Part shown: one piece after another, positions 1 through 14,000 of the stretch
Position numbering within the stretch: the stretch's first letter is position 1
How the letters are laid out: every line of letters starts with the position of its first letter
NCBI GenBank assembly: GCA_964016885.1
Contig: CAXHJY010001283.1
Span: 11,970 to 75,969 of the forward strand
Length of the DNA: 64,000 nt
Direction: 5' to 3'
DNA from: Eledone cirrhosa
Taxonomy: Eukaryota
Program-made: the position numbers and the translations under genes
Notes under the pieces: generated by a model
What the model was told of the DNA's origin: nothing
Seen by the model: only the letters and a program-made list of their open reading frames with translations
The model's database searches: none

Positions 1-147
1 CACGAATAAAAGCATCCAGTCCATGCTGTAAAATGAAGGGGTAGATAGGGCCCCTGAATCCAGTAAGACACCCTCTCTAGTGCTGGTGTTAGGAAGGGTA
101 TCCAACTAGTATAATAAATGCCAAAATTATGAGCACAACAAATAAGA

Positions 148-189
<42 letters not shown>

Positions 190-397
190 ATAGATAGAAA
201 TAAACACACAAAGAAGTGACAGAGAGGAATAGAAAAATCTAAAGCAATGCAATAAAAACAAACTAAATGGAAGCAAACTACATTTAGAATAGCACATGTC
301 AACCTAAGCATAAAGCAAGACTATGTTACAAAAATTAGAAATCAAATCCAGGTTCACCTGCAATGTATACATATATACATACACACACATATATACT

Positions 398-1490
398 TGT
401 CTAAGACTAAAGTTCTAGTATGTAGAAAGGAAAATAGAGCACAGGTACCCTCTGGGAAATGGCCATGCTCACTGTGTAAGAAAATAGTAGGTAGAAACTC
501 CATATGTCCCAAATGCAAACTATGTATACATAAAAGATGTAGTGGGATCACAGGTAAGCTATCTAAGAATGTAGATTTTATATGTGGCCGATGCTCAGGT
601 GCAATAAGTAGCAGGTGCCCACAGGATACTAGCTCCTTCTGATGGTTCTATAGAAATAGTAGGCGCTTTCCATTACCTGGGGGACAAAATCAGCAGTGGA
701 GGAAGGTGTTCTGAAAGTACAGTAGCCAGAGTTAGAACGAGATGGAAAAAGTTCAGAGAGCTAATACCGCTGTTGGCCACAAGGGTTTTTTCTCTAAAAG
801 TGAAAGGCAGATTGTATGATGCTTGTATACGAACAGAGATATTACATGGTAGTGAGACATGGGCATTGTGTGGTGAAGACTTGCGTAGATTAGAAAGAAA
901 TGAAGCTTGCATGCTCTGATAGATGTGTAATAGTAATATACGCGAACAGCGAAGCATAAAAGAATTGAGAAACAGACTAAGCACAAGAGGTATCAAATGT
1001 GTTCTGTAGAGGAGATTACGTTGGTATGGACATGTGATGGGTCTGAAGGATGACAGCTGTATAAAAAAGTGCAGAGCAATGAAAATTGATGGAAGCTATG
1101 GAGTGGGTAGACCAAGAAAAATCTGGGATGAGGTGATAAAAACCTGACCTTGCCCACTTACACCTCTCTAGGACAATGACACTGCATCGAGATCTTTGGC
1201 ACCATGCAGTTGTACAGAAGACCTGCCTTCCCTTACGTTCGAAGTTAAATCTACAGTCAGTAGGCACTACTTAACCCAATTTACACCCCATCCTCCCATT
1301 TCCATTCCGTCCATTGTGTTGACACAACAGTCCACAGTATAAATGTGGTGGGTGTTAGGAAGGGCAACCAGCTGTAAAAAACTGCCAGAGACATTTCCGT
1401 ACGAGTGAGACACGGTCTCCCGACCATTCCCGCATCAAATGGAACAAAACTGTCTAACCGATGCTAGCAATGATGACAATGATGATGATA
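398..1490 (+). mobile_element. RTE-clade LINE, lineage A, 5'-truncated degraded copy (PHD finger, RT C-terminus, 3'UTR, GAT tail)
   Basis: KTKVL-CxxC...HKRC, HGSETW and RWYGHV motifs with stops; ggaagggca motif and gatgat tail; TA tracts on both sides. Confidence 0.9.
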
Positions 1491-1668
1491 CATATATATA
1501 ATAATACAAGGACAATTTGTTAGGCCTTCATTATGTTTATTGATTGGTGACATACGTTTTGCTATTGATCAGTTCAACAAATCGTCCTTGTATTATTATA
1601 TTACACTGTCTAGCTCTACACCTCAATACTGATGTGAACCTACAGTAACTTCATGTTACACTACCTGG

Positions 1669-1701
<33 letters not shown>

Positions 1702-1735
1702 ACCAGTACATTGTTATGTTTTTCTGTTCAATTTC

Positions 1736-1797
1736 TAGCTATCTGATGAGGCCATAGCTGTTGTATAATGGTTATCACCGAAATATATATAACAGCG
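1736..1797 (+). ncRNA. Hammerhead ribozyme-like motif (Penelope pLTR type), degenerate
   Basis: gctat-CTGATGA-stem II (gccat/atggt)-GAAA-tatatata-acagc, followed by AATAAA. Confidence 0.5.
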
Positions 1798-1849
1798 ACT
1801 ATAAATAAACAAAGTTAATTTTAACCTGTTGACTTACACTTGTTTACCA

Positions 1850-2400
1850 CAATCACCATCACCATTTTACATCCGCTTTTCCTTGCTTGCAAGGTCCGGG
1901 TAGGTCCTATTCAGCACAGCATCTCTCCATTTGTCACAGTCCTTCGTCATCTCCACCGTGAGTTTCAGCGATCTGAGATCAGCTCTCACCACCTCCGCCC
2001 ATGTTTTTCGTGGTCTTCATCTACTGCGTCTTCCTTCCACTGGCATTTCTTGGTACTTCTTTACCCAGCGGTTATCCTCCATGTGCATCACATGTCCATA
2101 CCATAGCAGTCTTCTCTCCCGCAAACCACATCTTATCCCTCTTATACACAGTTTCTCTCTCAACACAGCACATGTCCATACCATCTCAGTCTTCTCTCCC
2201 ACACACTACAACTTATCCCTCTTATACACAGTTTCTCTCTCAACACATCCATGCTTGGTCGTTCACGTACATTGACATTGAACATCCAACGGAGCATACT
2301 TGCTTCATTTCTCTCCAGCCGTCACATATCCTCTGCAGTTGCTGCCCATGTCTCACTACCATGCAGCATCGCGCATTTCACACAGGTACATATAACCGTC
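1850..2400 (-). mobile_element. RTE LINE lineage B 3' fragment with a short internal duplication (about 2090-2245)
   Basis: LREKLCIRGIRC..RR.LWYGHV; 3' end cttgcaagcaaggaaaagcggatgtaaaatggtg. Confidence 0.85.
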
Positions 2401-2494
2401 CTTTATATATATATATATATCTATATATATACTCATACAAGTGAACATCAATGCTATTGTAAAGTTAAGCCAGTGCAGAAATTACAGAAGAAAA

Positions 2495-2699
2495 GAATAA
2501 TAATATTAATAATTGCTTCTACTTTAGGCACAAGGCCAGCAATTACCCAGTACATTACTGGTTCTTTATTTTATCGACCCCGTAAGGATGAAAGGCAAAG
2601 TTAACCTCGACGGGATTTGAACTCAGACCGTAAAGGGACGTAACTATGCTGGAAAGCATGGCGTCCGACTCTCTACCGATACTGCCAATCCACCGCCCT
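2495..2699 (-). mobile_element. tRNA-derived SINE, family 2
   Basis: A-box tggcagtatcgg, B-box gttcaaatcc, central gcctttcatccttacggggtcgataaaat domain, (ATT)n-like tail; second copy at 40445-40612. Confidence 0.75.
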
Positions 2700-3089
2700 A
2701 CTTTTGGCACAAGGCCAACAACTACCCCAGTGTATTACTGGTACTTAATACTAAACTTTATAATAATAAAAACGCTGATATACATTGTTACAAGTAGTGG
2801 AAGCTGTTACTGATTTAAAAAACAGAGACATGCACAAGTGTTTGTCATTATTATCATCACTATTATGTAAGAATCTTTGTTAAGTTCCAAACACCCCTGT
2901 TCTGTGACTTAAATAACAGAGACATGCACATAGAAAGAGTTAACCTCCTTCGCAAGGTGGGGACATAACTACACCTCTCCTACTGCAGAGGATGAAGGGG
3001 TGGAGCCAGAGCTAGCTGTAATAGTGCATATTGAAATAGAAGCCGTGAAACAAACAGTGTGTGTGTGTGTGTACACACACACATACATA

Positions 3090-3440
3090 ATTCGTTTTTG
3101 AATTTGTTTTGTGAGATTTCTTATCTGAAACCGTGTGTTGAAACAGATTCTGTTATACTTTGGGAGGGTCATGTTGCCAATAAAAACACACACCTGTTGG
3201 TTTTCACTCCATTTTATTACAAAAACAAGATGGTGTAAAACAGAACAAAGGAAAGATGCAAAACAAAAACCTAGTCACTGAGAAGGTCACAGAATGTGTG
3301 ATGAAAGAGCTTTGATAATATATAAACAACCTTCCGGTTACCAAACCAACCAACCGGAAATTTATAATAAATTGAAGTGAAAACCAACATGTGCGTGTGT
3401 TTCTATTGGTAGTATATAGCCCTCCCAAAATTACAATATA
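3090..3440. mobile_element. Penelope-like element terminal (pLTR) pieces in inverted arrangement, with a degenerate hammerhead near 3275-3310
   Basis: 3150-3212 is an imperfect inverted copy of 3372-3437; CTGAGAA-gtcac...gtgat-GAAA; homologous to 21531-21690 and 61215-61285. Confidence 0.6.
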
Positions 3441-3544
3441 TATATATATATATATATACAACAATATATATATATATATGCTTCGTTTTTGAATTTGTTT
3501 TGCAAAATTTTTTATCTGAAAACATTTGTTTTTATGTATTTAAT

Positions 3545-4270
3545 TATGTGTTTACTTGTCACTAGTTAGTTGTTCGTTCTATCTGTGTGTCTGATTTGTT
3601 TTGTTAGTTTGGTTTTTGTATGTGTCTGTATGCTTTCATTTTGTCCTTAATTACTAGTGATGTTGCTATCCCATCCAGCATCTGAGTGAGTTTCTTTATC
3701 AGAGTCCAAGTCTCAGACTCGTACAGCAGCACAGACTCCACTGTAGCAACGAAGAAACGGATCACTCCAATGGTGGATGGTTGCTACACGAGAATGCTGA
3801 GGATGGCTCTGAACATTAATCAGTATACACTGAGGATGAAGAACTCAGAGTTGTATGGGAGCCTCCCAAAAGTCAGTTCGAAAGTAGCACAGAGGAGACT
3901 GAGGTTAGCTGGACATGCTCACTGACATCCAGAGTTGACATTGCAGTCAGTGCTCCTGTGGGAGCCCCTGCATGGACACACTAGAAGAGGAAGACCAAGG
4001 TTAACATCTGTTGATGCCCTAAGGACAGACACTGGTCTGTTGGAGATGCAGGACATGGCAGCGATAATGAGGGACGGAGACCACTGGAGAGAACTTGTCC
4101 ATGGATCTCGGCAGTTTTACCCGCCCTAGATAGATAGATGTTGCTATTCCACTCATGTTTTCTGTTTAATTTTGGTTGGAGTTCGTTTATATTTGTCACC
4201 TCTGTGATTTGCCTGAGCATTGCATCTTTTCTGTGTGTGGATATAATTTTTATCTCTGTTCTCTAATACA
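3545..4270 (-). mobile_element. Penelope-like 3' fragment (GIY-YIG C-terminus-like LRQITE...PKLNRKHEW) interrupted by an RTE insertion
   Basis: Collinear with the uninterrupted copy at 21740-21945. Confidence 0.6.
3670..4137 (+). mobile_element. RTE LINE lineage C (no PHD), 5'-inverted short insertion with TSD gatgttgctat
   Basis: DGCYTRMLRMAL, RRLRLAGH and GRPR motifs; (taga)n tail; 3670-3762 inverted; TSD at about 3660-3669 and 4138-4147. Confidence 0.88.
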
Positions 4271-5454
4271 TATATATATAGGTATGTATATATATGAATG
4301 GCGATTTGAGACTTAATTTTTCTAATAACCAATATTTCACTAACTTATTAATTTGTGTCTGAGATACATTGGCCGAGTGCTTATGGTGGGAATTTTCGTC
4401 TCCTGCCATCACATAAATTTATAAATTGGTAGCCAATCAGGGGACAGCATTGTGATGCGTAGAGATTCCAGTTGATAATCGCTTCACTGTGTTGGCCGCC
4501 ACATACAGTCATAGCCGGCATGGACTGGAGTTGAATTCTGTCGATTGATTGGTTATTGATTAGGCGAAACCCGCTGCTGAAACCACATGCGCCGATTATG
4601 CATTGTTGCATAATATATGCAGACAGAGGGTGCTGTGCACTCTACTGCTGCATCAAGTGTGGCCGAAACTCGAGTTTGATAAAGATTGAAGATACCCCTT
4701 TACGTGTGTTGTATTGAAGCGAATAACTATGTGTCTACTCTGGGAGTGTATCCTACATTACCTATTGAGTACGCTGAGATTCAACTGGTCCTAGCAGTGA
4801 TAACTATACTAGGTCTATCAACTTATTATATATATATACTACACACAGAGATAAGTGCATGCACAGTGTAGAGAGAGAGAGAGAGAGGGGGCGGGGCGGA
4901 TGTGTTGTTTAAAAAATAAAAAAACCAGCAAAAACAAAACAAAACTAAAATAACAACAAACAAATTCTATCTGCCTTCTTCCTTCTCCTACACCCCCGTA
5001 CACATTGCATATGTAAGGAGGTGCAACATCTGCAAACGCACAAGTGCAGTCATGCAGGTTATGTAAACTTACCCCACAAATGGTGTGCTGTATACAGGTG
5101 TCCGATGGACGAGAAGAAGCCTGCAACGGCTTCATTGTTGGTGCGTCGATGTTGGATGCCTCGAGCCCTAACAGGAGAATTACAGGAAGAGGTATGTGGG
5201 AAAGGTGGGTTTTTTTTTTTTTATTAATTAAATTAAATAAAAAAAAACAAAAAAACATGTTATAAAATTTCTTTGCAGGCGCAACAACAATAAGAAAAAA
5301 ATATATATAAAATGTGGGTAATATTAAATATTATCCAATTACATGTATGAGAATAACTCAATGTAAAATAACAAGTATGCTACAGAGCTGAGATACTTTA
5401 TAAACAACAGTGTTTTAGAACATTTAATTACTTACGATCAGTTCATCAAAGCAC

Positions 5455-5740
5455 AGTTATCCCAGTTTCCTGAGTTACCTTCTCCTAGAAGAATGCTTGG
5501 ACAAAGGCTGGGGTCCTTCACTCCTAGGGGTTTAACCACGCGATCGGGTATCCAGGCCAATTTTTTCTATGTCCCCACGCATATATACACACATGATTGA
5601 CTTCTTACTAGTTAGGCAAATACTAAGGCATACTCCGGGGAAGAATGTACCCCCCAACATAGGTTAGTCGTTAGTGACATCTCAATAACCAAGAGACAGA
5701 ATGAGACACACAGGAAGGTCTGGAAGCTAAAGGACCTTTC
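5455..5740. mobile_element. Composite: inverted dispersed repeat joined to the RTE lineage B endonuclease C-terminal fragment
   Basis: 5597-5738 reads IDFLLVR..NTKAYSGEECTPQHRLVVSD..VWKLKD; same composite at 27290-27590. Confidence 0.7.
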
Positions 5741-6555
5741 ATCATCATTTTACGTCCGCTTTTCCCTGCTTGCAAGGGTGGGACGGGTCTTATTCAGCAC
5801 AGCATCTCTCCACTTGTCACGGTCCTTCGTCATCTCCACAGTGAGCTTCAATGATCTGATGTCTGTTCTCCCCACCTCCGCCCATGTTTTTCGTGGTCTA
5901 CCTCTACCACGTCTTCCTTCAACTGGCATTTCCTGGCACTTCTTCACCCATCGGTCACCCTCCATGTGCATCACATGTCCATACCACCTCAGTCTCCTCT
6001 CCCGTACACTACATTCTATCCCTCTCTGACACAGTTTCTCTCTCAACACATTCATGCTGGGTCGTTCACGCACATTGACATTGCACATCCAACGGAGCAT
6101 GCTTGCCTCATTCCTCTTCAGCCGTCGCATATCCTCTGCGGTTGCTGCCCATGTCTCACTACCATGCAGCATCGCGCTACTCACACAGGCATCATACAAC
6201 CAGCCTTTCGTACGCAGAGAGAAACCCTTCTTCGTCAAGAGAGGAAGCAGCTCCCTAAACTTTTTCCAACCCGTCCTTATTCTAGATACTATGGCCTCGG
6301 AACACCCTCCTCCCATGCTAATCTGATCTCCTAGGTACCGGAAGCTATCCACCACTTCTATAGCACCCACCTGCATTTGAAAAATGTGTCTATCAATGCG
6401 ACTTCTGTCTAATTTCCCTGTACATCTACTGCATACGTATTTCTCCCTGCCTGTTAGTTTGCCTGCTATCCCACTACATCTCTTGTGTACCCAGGATCTG
6501 CATTGTGTGCATTTTATAGAATTTATGCCAGTTCCTTTTCTGCATATCGAACATG
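5740..6555 (-). mobile_element. RTE LINE lineage B 3' portion (PHD finger plus RT C-terminus)
   Basis: ORF 5750..6613: [43 protein letters not shown], ending [12 protein letters not shown] followed by a GAT tail. Confidence 0.93.
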
Positions 6556-6768
6556 CTGTGCAAGTGGAGAGATTACTGATTACATTAGACAGTGTAACAC
6601 AATCTCTCTTCAATTTCTGTGCATATTGTCAATTACAATTTTATTTGATGTATCATATCTACATGTATATATATTTGCATATAATATCAATATACACATT
6701 ACACATGCTAGCAGAAAACCACTTGAAGCGTGGTTTTTCTGCTAGTAAAAACAATATCGATTACTTAC

Positions 6769-6800
6769 CAATTGTTGCCCCATTCAATCATTGTACCAGG
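6769..6800 (-). CDS. NIPSNAP: NIPSNAP coding micro-exon (32 nt; PGTMIEWGNN-W)
   Basis: ttcttccag acceptor, gtaagt donor; PGTMIEWGNNW is a hallmark NIPSNAP motif. Downstream exons were not found and probably lie left of the window. Confidence 0.95.
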
Positions 6801-6934
6801 CTGGAAGAAAAAGAAATTGAGAAATATATCTTAGACAACAATAACACAGGACCAACATCTCTGGAGTTATTCAGTAATACAGAAGACCCACATTCAAATG
6901 AGCACAGACTAAAGCATACATACAGTATGGACCA

Positions 6935-7978
6935 ACTTCACCCGCCCCTTCCATATTCCACCCCTCACACACACACCTCCCCAATCCACTACACCCTTCC
7001 CATCAAAGTACCTAGTACACACTGTAAAGTGGTCATGTAGGTGTCACAACAAAAAGTACTCAGTCCACACTGTAAAGTGGTCATGTAGCTGTCACAACAA
7101 AAAGTACCCAGTACACACTGTAAAGTGGTCATGTAGGTGTCACAACAACAAGTACCCAGTACACACTGTAAAGTGGTCATGTAGGTGTCACAACAACAAG
7201 TACCCAGTACACACTGTAAAGTGGTCATGTAGGTGTCACAACAAAAAGTACCCAGTACACACTGTAAAGTGGTCATGTAGGTGTCACAACAAAAAGTACC
7301 CAGTATACACTCTAAAGTGGTCATGTAGGTGTCACAACAACAAGTACCCAGTACATACTGTAAAGTAGTCATGTAGGTGTCACAACAAAAAGTACCCAGT
7401 ACACACTGTAAAGTGGTCATGTAGGTGTCACAACAAAAAGTACCCAGTATACACTCTAAAGTGGTCATGTAGGTGTCACAACAAAAAGTACCCAGTACAT
7501 ACTGTAAAGTGGTCATGTAGGTGTCACAACAAAAAGTACCCAGTACACACTGTAAAGTGGTCATGTAGGTGTCACAACAAAAAGTACCCAGTACACACTG
7601 TAAAGTGGTCATGTAGGTGTCACAACAAAAAGTACCCAGTACACACTGTAAAGTGGTCATGTAGGTGTCACAACAAAAAGTACCCAGTACACACTGTAAA
7701 GTGGTCATGTAGGTGTCACAACAAAAAGTACCCAGTACACACTGTAAAGTGGTCATGTAGGTGTCACAACAAAAAGTACCCAGTACACACTGTAAAGTGG
7801 TCATGTAGGTGTCACAACAAAAAGTACCCAGTACATACTGTAAATGAGGTTGGCATTAGGAAGGGCATCCAGCTGTATGAGCAAGAAGTAGTCACCTGAC
7901 CTAACATTGCCCACAACAGGACAACTCATCTAACCCATGCTAGAGTGGAAACATGAACATTAAACGGTGATGATGATC
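6935..7978 (+). repeat. RTE/SINE-type 3' tail whose 48-bp subrepeat is expanded to about 17-18 tandem copies
   Basis: Unit actgtaaagtggtcatgtaggtgtcacaacaaaaagtacccagtacac at 7005-7845, followed by the normal tail (ggaagggcatccagctgt...aacggtgatgatgat). Confidence 0.92.
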
Positions 7979-8009
7979 TCAGCTATGACAATATGGAAAC
8001 CTTATATAT

Positions 8010-11000
8010 CACTCTGTAAAGTGGTAGTGTTGGTGTCATGATATAATACACCCAGTACACTCTGTAAAGTGGTAGTGTTGGTGTCATGATAGAATACACC
8101 CAGTACACTCTGTAAAGTGGTAGTGTTGGTGTCATGATAGAATACACCCAGTACACTCTGTAAAGTGGTAGTGTTGGTGTCATGATAGAATACACCCAGT
8201 ACACTCTGTAAAGTGGTAGTGTTGGTGTCATGATAAAATACACCCAGTACACTCTGTAAAATGTTAGTGTTGGTGTCATGATATAATACACCCAGTACAC
8301 TCTGTAAAGTGTTAGTGTTGGTGTCATGATATAATACACCCAGTACACTCTGTAAAATGTTAGTGTTGGTGTCATGATATAATACACCCAGTACACTCTG
8401 TAAAATGTTAGTGTTGGTGTCATGATATAATACATCCAGTACACTCTGTAAAGTGGTAGTGTTGGTGTCATGATATAATACACCCAGTACACTCTGTAAA
8501 GTGGTAGTGTTGGTGTCATGATAGAATACACCCAGTACACTCTGTAAAGTGGTGGTGTTGGTGTCATGATAGAATACACCCAGTACACTCTGTAAAGTGG
8601 TAGTGTTGGTGTCATGATAGAATACACCCAGTACACTCTGTAAAGTGTTAGTGTTGGTGTCATGATATAATACACCCAGTACACTCTGTAAAGTGGTAGT
8701 GTTGGTGTCATGATAGAATACACCCAGTACACTCTGTAAAGTGGTGGTGTTGGTGTCATGATATAATACACCCAGTACACTCTGTAATGTGGTAGTGTTG
8801 GTGTCATGATATAATACACCCAGTACACTCTGTAAAGTGTTAGTGTTGGTGTCATGATATAATACACCCAGTACACTCTGTAAAGTGGTAGTGTTGGTGT
8901 CATGATATAATACACCCAGTACACTCTGTAAAGTGGTAGTGTTGGTGTCATGATAGAATACACCCAGTACACTCTGTAAAGTGTTAGTGTTGGTGTCATG
9001 ATATAATACACCCAGTACACTCTGTAAAGTGTTAGTGTTGGTGTCATGATATAATACACCCAGTACACTCTGTAAAGTGGTAGTGTTGGTGTCATGATAT
9101 AATACACCCAGTACACTCTGTAAAGTGGTAGTGTTGGTGTCATGATAGAATACACCCAGTACACTCTGTAAAGTGTTAGTGTTGGTGTCATGATATAATA
9201 CACCCAGTACACTCTGTAAAGTGTTAGTGTTGGTGTCATGATATAATACACCCAGTACACTCTGTAAAGTGTTAGTGTTGGTGTCATGATATAATACACC
9301 CAGTACACTCTGTAAAGTGGTAGTGTTGGTGTCATGATATAATACACCCAGTACACTCTGTAAAGTGGTAGTGTTGGTGTCATGATATAATACACCCAGT
9401 ACACTCTGTAAAGTGTTAGTGTTGGTGTCATGATAGAATACACCCAGTACACTCTGTAAAGTGTTAGTGTTGGTGTCATGATATAATACACCCAGTACAC
9501 TCTGTAAAGTGTTAGTGTTGGTGTCATGATATAATACACCCAGTACACTCTGTAAAGTGGTAGTGTTGGTGTCATGATATAATACACCCAGTACACTCTG
9601 TAAAGTGGTAGTGTTGGTGTCATGATAGAATACACCCAGTACACTCTGTAAAGTGTTAGTGTTGGTGTCATGATATAATACACCCAGTACACTCTGTAAA
9701 GTGGTAGTGTTGGTGTCATGATATAATACACCCAGTACACTCTGTAAAGTGGTAGTGTTGGTGTCATGATAGAATACACCCAGTACACTCTGTAAAGTGG
9801 TGGTGTTGGTGTCATGATAGAATACACCCAGTACACTCTGTAATGTGGTAGTGTTGATGTCATGATATAATACACCCAGTACACTCTGTAAAGTGGTAGT
9901 GTTGGTGTCATGATAGAATACACCCAGTACACTCTGTAAAGTGGTAGTGTTGGTGTCATGATAGAATACACCCAGTACACTCTGTAAAGTGGTAGTGTTG
10001 GTGTCATGATATAATACACCCAGTACACTCTGTAAAGTGGTAGTGTTGGTGTCATGATAGAATACACCCAGTACACTCTGTAATGTGGTAGTGTTGGTGT
10101 CATGATATAATACACCCAGTACACTCTGTAAAGTGGTAGTGTTGGTGTCATGATATAATACACCCAGTAAACTCTGTAAAGTGGTAGTGTTGGTGTCATG
10201 ATAGAATACACCCAGTACACTCTGTAATGTGGTGGTGTTGGTGTCATGATAAAATACACCCAGTACACTCTGTAAAGTGATAGTGTTGGTGTCATGATAA
10301 AATACACCCAGTACACTCTGTAATGTGGTGGTGTTGGTGTCATGATAAAATACACCCAGTACACTCTGTAAAGTGATAGTGTTGGTGTCATGATATAATA
10401 CACCCAGTACACTCTGTAAAGTGGTAGAGTTGGTGTCATGATATAATACACCCAGTACACTCTGTAAAGTGGTAGTGTTGGTGTCATGATATAATACACC
10501 CAGTACACTCTGTAAAGTGGTAGTGTTGGTGTCATGATATAATACACCCAGTACACTCTGTAAAGTGGTAGTGTTGGTGTCATGATAGAATACACCCAGT
10601 ACACTCTGTAAAGTGGTAGAGTTGGTGTCATGATATAATACACCCAGTACACTCTGTAAAGTGGTAGTGTTGGTGTCATGATATAATACACCCAGTACAC
10701 TCTGTAAAGTGGTAGTGTTGGTGTCATGATAGAATACACCCAGTACACTCTGTAAAATGGTAGTGTTGGTGTCATGATATAATACACCCAGTACACTCTG
10801 TAAAGTGGTAGTGTTGGTGTCATGATATAATACACCCAGTACACTCTGTAAAGTGGTAGTGTTGGTGTCATGATAGAATACACCCAGTACACTCTGTAAA
10901 GTGGTAGTGTTGGTGTCATGATAGAATACACCCAGTACACTCTGTAAAGTGGTAGTGTTGATGTCATGATATAATACACCCAGTACACTCTGTAAAGTGG

Positions 11001-14000
11001 TAGTGTTGGTGTCATGATAGAATACACCCAGTACACTCTGTAAAGTGGTAGTGCTGGTGTCCTGATATAATACACCCAGTACACTCTGTAATGTGGTAGT
11101 GTTGGTGTCATGATAAAATACACCCAGTACACTCTGTAAAGTGGTAGTGTTGGTGTCATGATAGAATACACCCAGTACACTCTGTAAAGTGGTAGTGTTG
11201 GTGTCATGATATAATACACGCAGTACACTCTGTAAAGTGGTAGTGTTGGTGTCATGATAGAATACACCCAGTACACTCTGTAAAGTGGTAGTGTTGATGT
11301 CATGATATAATACACCCAGTACACTCTGTAAAGTGGTAGTGTTGGTGTCATGATAGAATACACCCAGTACACTCTGTAACGTGGTAGTGTTGGTGTCATG
11401 ATATAATACACCCAGTACACTCTGTAAAGTGGTAGTGTTGATGTCATGATAGAATACACCCAGTACACTCTGTAAAGTGGTAGTGTTGGTGCCATGATAT
11501 AATACACCCAGTACACTCTGTAAAGTGGTGGTGTTGGTGTCATGATAGAATACACCCAGTACACTCTGTAAAGTGGTAGTGTTGGTGTCATGATAGAATA
11601 CACCCAGTACACTCTGTAAAGTGGTGGTGTTGGTGTCATGATAGAATACACCCAGTACACTCTGTAAAGTGGTAGTGTTGGTGTCATGATAAAATACACC
11701 CAGTACACTCTGTAAAGTGGTAGTGTTGGTGTCATGATAGAATACACCCAGTACACTCTGTAAAGTGGTAGTGTTGATGTCATGATAGAATACACCCAGT
11801 ACACTCTGTAAAGTGGTAGAGTTGGTGTCATGATAGAATACACTCAGTACACTCTGTAAAGTGGTAGTGTTGGTGTCATGATATAATACACCCAGTACAC
11901 TCTGTAAAGTGGTAGTGTTGGTGTCATGATAGAATACACCCAGTACACTCTGTAAAGTGGTAGTGTTGATGTCATGATAGAATACACCCAGTACACTCTG
12001 TAAAGTGGTAGAGTTGGTGTCATGATATAATACACCCAGTACACTCTGTAAAGTGGTAGTGTTGGTGTCATGATATAATACACCCAGTACACTCTGTAAA
12101 GTGGTAGTGTTGGTGTCATGATATAATACACCCAGTACACTCTGTAAAGTGGTAGTGTTGGTGTCATGATAGAATACACCCAGTACACTCTGTAAAGTGG
12201 TAGAGTTGGTGTCATGATATAATACACCCAGTACACTCTGTAAAGTGGTAGTGTTGGTGTCATGATATAATACACCCAGTACACTCTGTAAAGTGGTAGT
12301 GTTGGTGTCATGATAGAATACACCCAGTACACTCTGTAAAATGGTAGTGTTGGTGTCATGATATAATACACCCAGTACACTCTGTAAAGTGGTAGTGTTG
12401 GTGTCATGATATAATACACCCAGTACACTCTGTAAAGTGGTAGTGTTGGTGTCATGATAGAATACACCCAGTACACTCTGTAAAGTGGTAGTGTTGGTGT
12501 CATGATAGAATACACCCAGTACACTCTGTAAAGTGGTAGTGTTGATGTCATGATATAATACACCCAGTACACTCTGTAAAGTGGTAGTGTTGGTGTCATG
12601 ATAGAATACACCCAGTACACTCTGTAAAGTGGTAGTGCTGGTGTCCTGATATAATACACCCAGTACACTCTGTAATGTGGTAGTGTTGGTGTCATGATAA
12701 AATACACCCAGTACACTCTGTAAAGTGGTAGTGTTGGTGTCATGATAGAATACACCCAGTACACTCTGTAAAGTGGTAGTGTTGGTGTCATGATATAATA
12801 CACGCAGTACACTCTGTAAAGTGGTAGTGTTGGTGTCATGATAGAATACACCCAGTACACTCTGTAAAGTGGTAGTGTTGATGTCATGATATAATACACC
12901 CAGTACACTCTGTAAAGTGGTAGTGTTGGTGTCATGATAGAATACACCCAGTACACTCTGTAACGTGGTAGTGTTGGTGTCATGATATAATACACCCAGT
13001 ACACTCTGTAAAGTGGTAGTGTTGATGTCATGATAGAATACACCCAGTACACTCTGTAAAGTGGTAGTGTTGGTGCCATGATATAATACACCAAGTACAC
13101 TCTGTAAAGTGGTGGTGTTGGTGTCATGATAGAATACACCCAGTACACTCTGTAAAGTGGTAGTGTTGGTGTCATGATAGAATACACCCAGTACACTCTG
13201 TAAAGTGGTGGTGTTGGTGTCATGATAGAATACACCCAGTACACTCTGTAAAGTGGTAGTGTTGGTGTCATGATAAAATACACCCAGTACACTCTGTAAA
13301 GTGGTAGTGTTGGTGTCATGATAGAATACACCCAGTACACTCTGTAAAGTGGTAGTGTTGGTGTCATGATAGAATACACCCAGTACACTCTGTAAAGTGG
13401 TAGTGTTGGTGTCATGATAGAATACACCCAGTACACTCTGTAAAGTGGTAGTGTTGGTGTCATGATATAATACACCCAGTACACTCTGTAAAGTGGTAGT
13501 GTTGGTGTCATGATAAAATACACCCAGTACACTCTGTAAAGTGGTAGTGTTGGTGTCATGATATAATACACCCAGTACACTCTGTAAAGTGGTAGTGTTG
13601 GTGTCATGATAGAATACACCCAGTACACTCTGTAAAGTGGTGGTGTTGGTGTCATGATATAATACACCCTGTACACTCTGTAAAGTGGTAGTGTTGGTGT
13701 CCTGATATAATACACCCAGTACACTCTGAAGTGGTGGTGTTGGTGTCATGATAGAATACACCCAGTACACTCTGTAAAGTGGTAGAGTTGGTGTCATGAT
13801 AGAATACACCCAGTACACTCTGTAAAGTGGTGGTGTTGGTGTCATGATATAATACACCCAGTACACTCTGTAAAGTGGTAGAGTTGGTGTCATGATATAA
13901 TACACCCAGTACACTCTGTAAAGTGGTAGTGTTGGTGTCATGATATAATACACCAAGTACACTCTGTAAAGTGGTAGTTTTGGTGTCATGATAAAATATA

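Noticed and set aside
5405-5455. Possible further NIPSNAP exon (gtaagt donor on the minus strand near 5434)
   Set aside because: The adjacent sequence does not encode the expected ARAI...GGFFSQIG peptide and runs into a repeat
5778-6334. Antisense ORFs over RTE copies (e.g. [20 protein letters not shown]...) recurring in several places
   Set aside because: Shadow frames of the same repeated LINE sequence, with no independent coding signal
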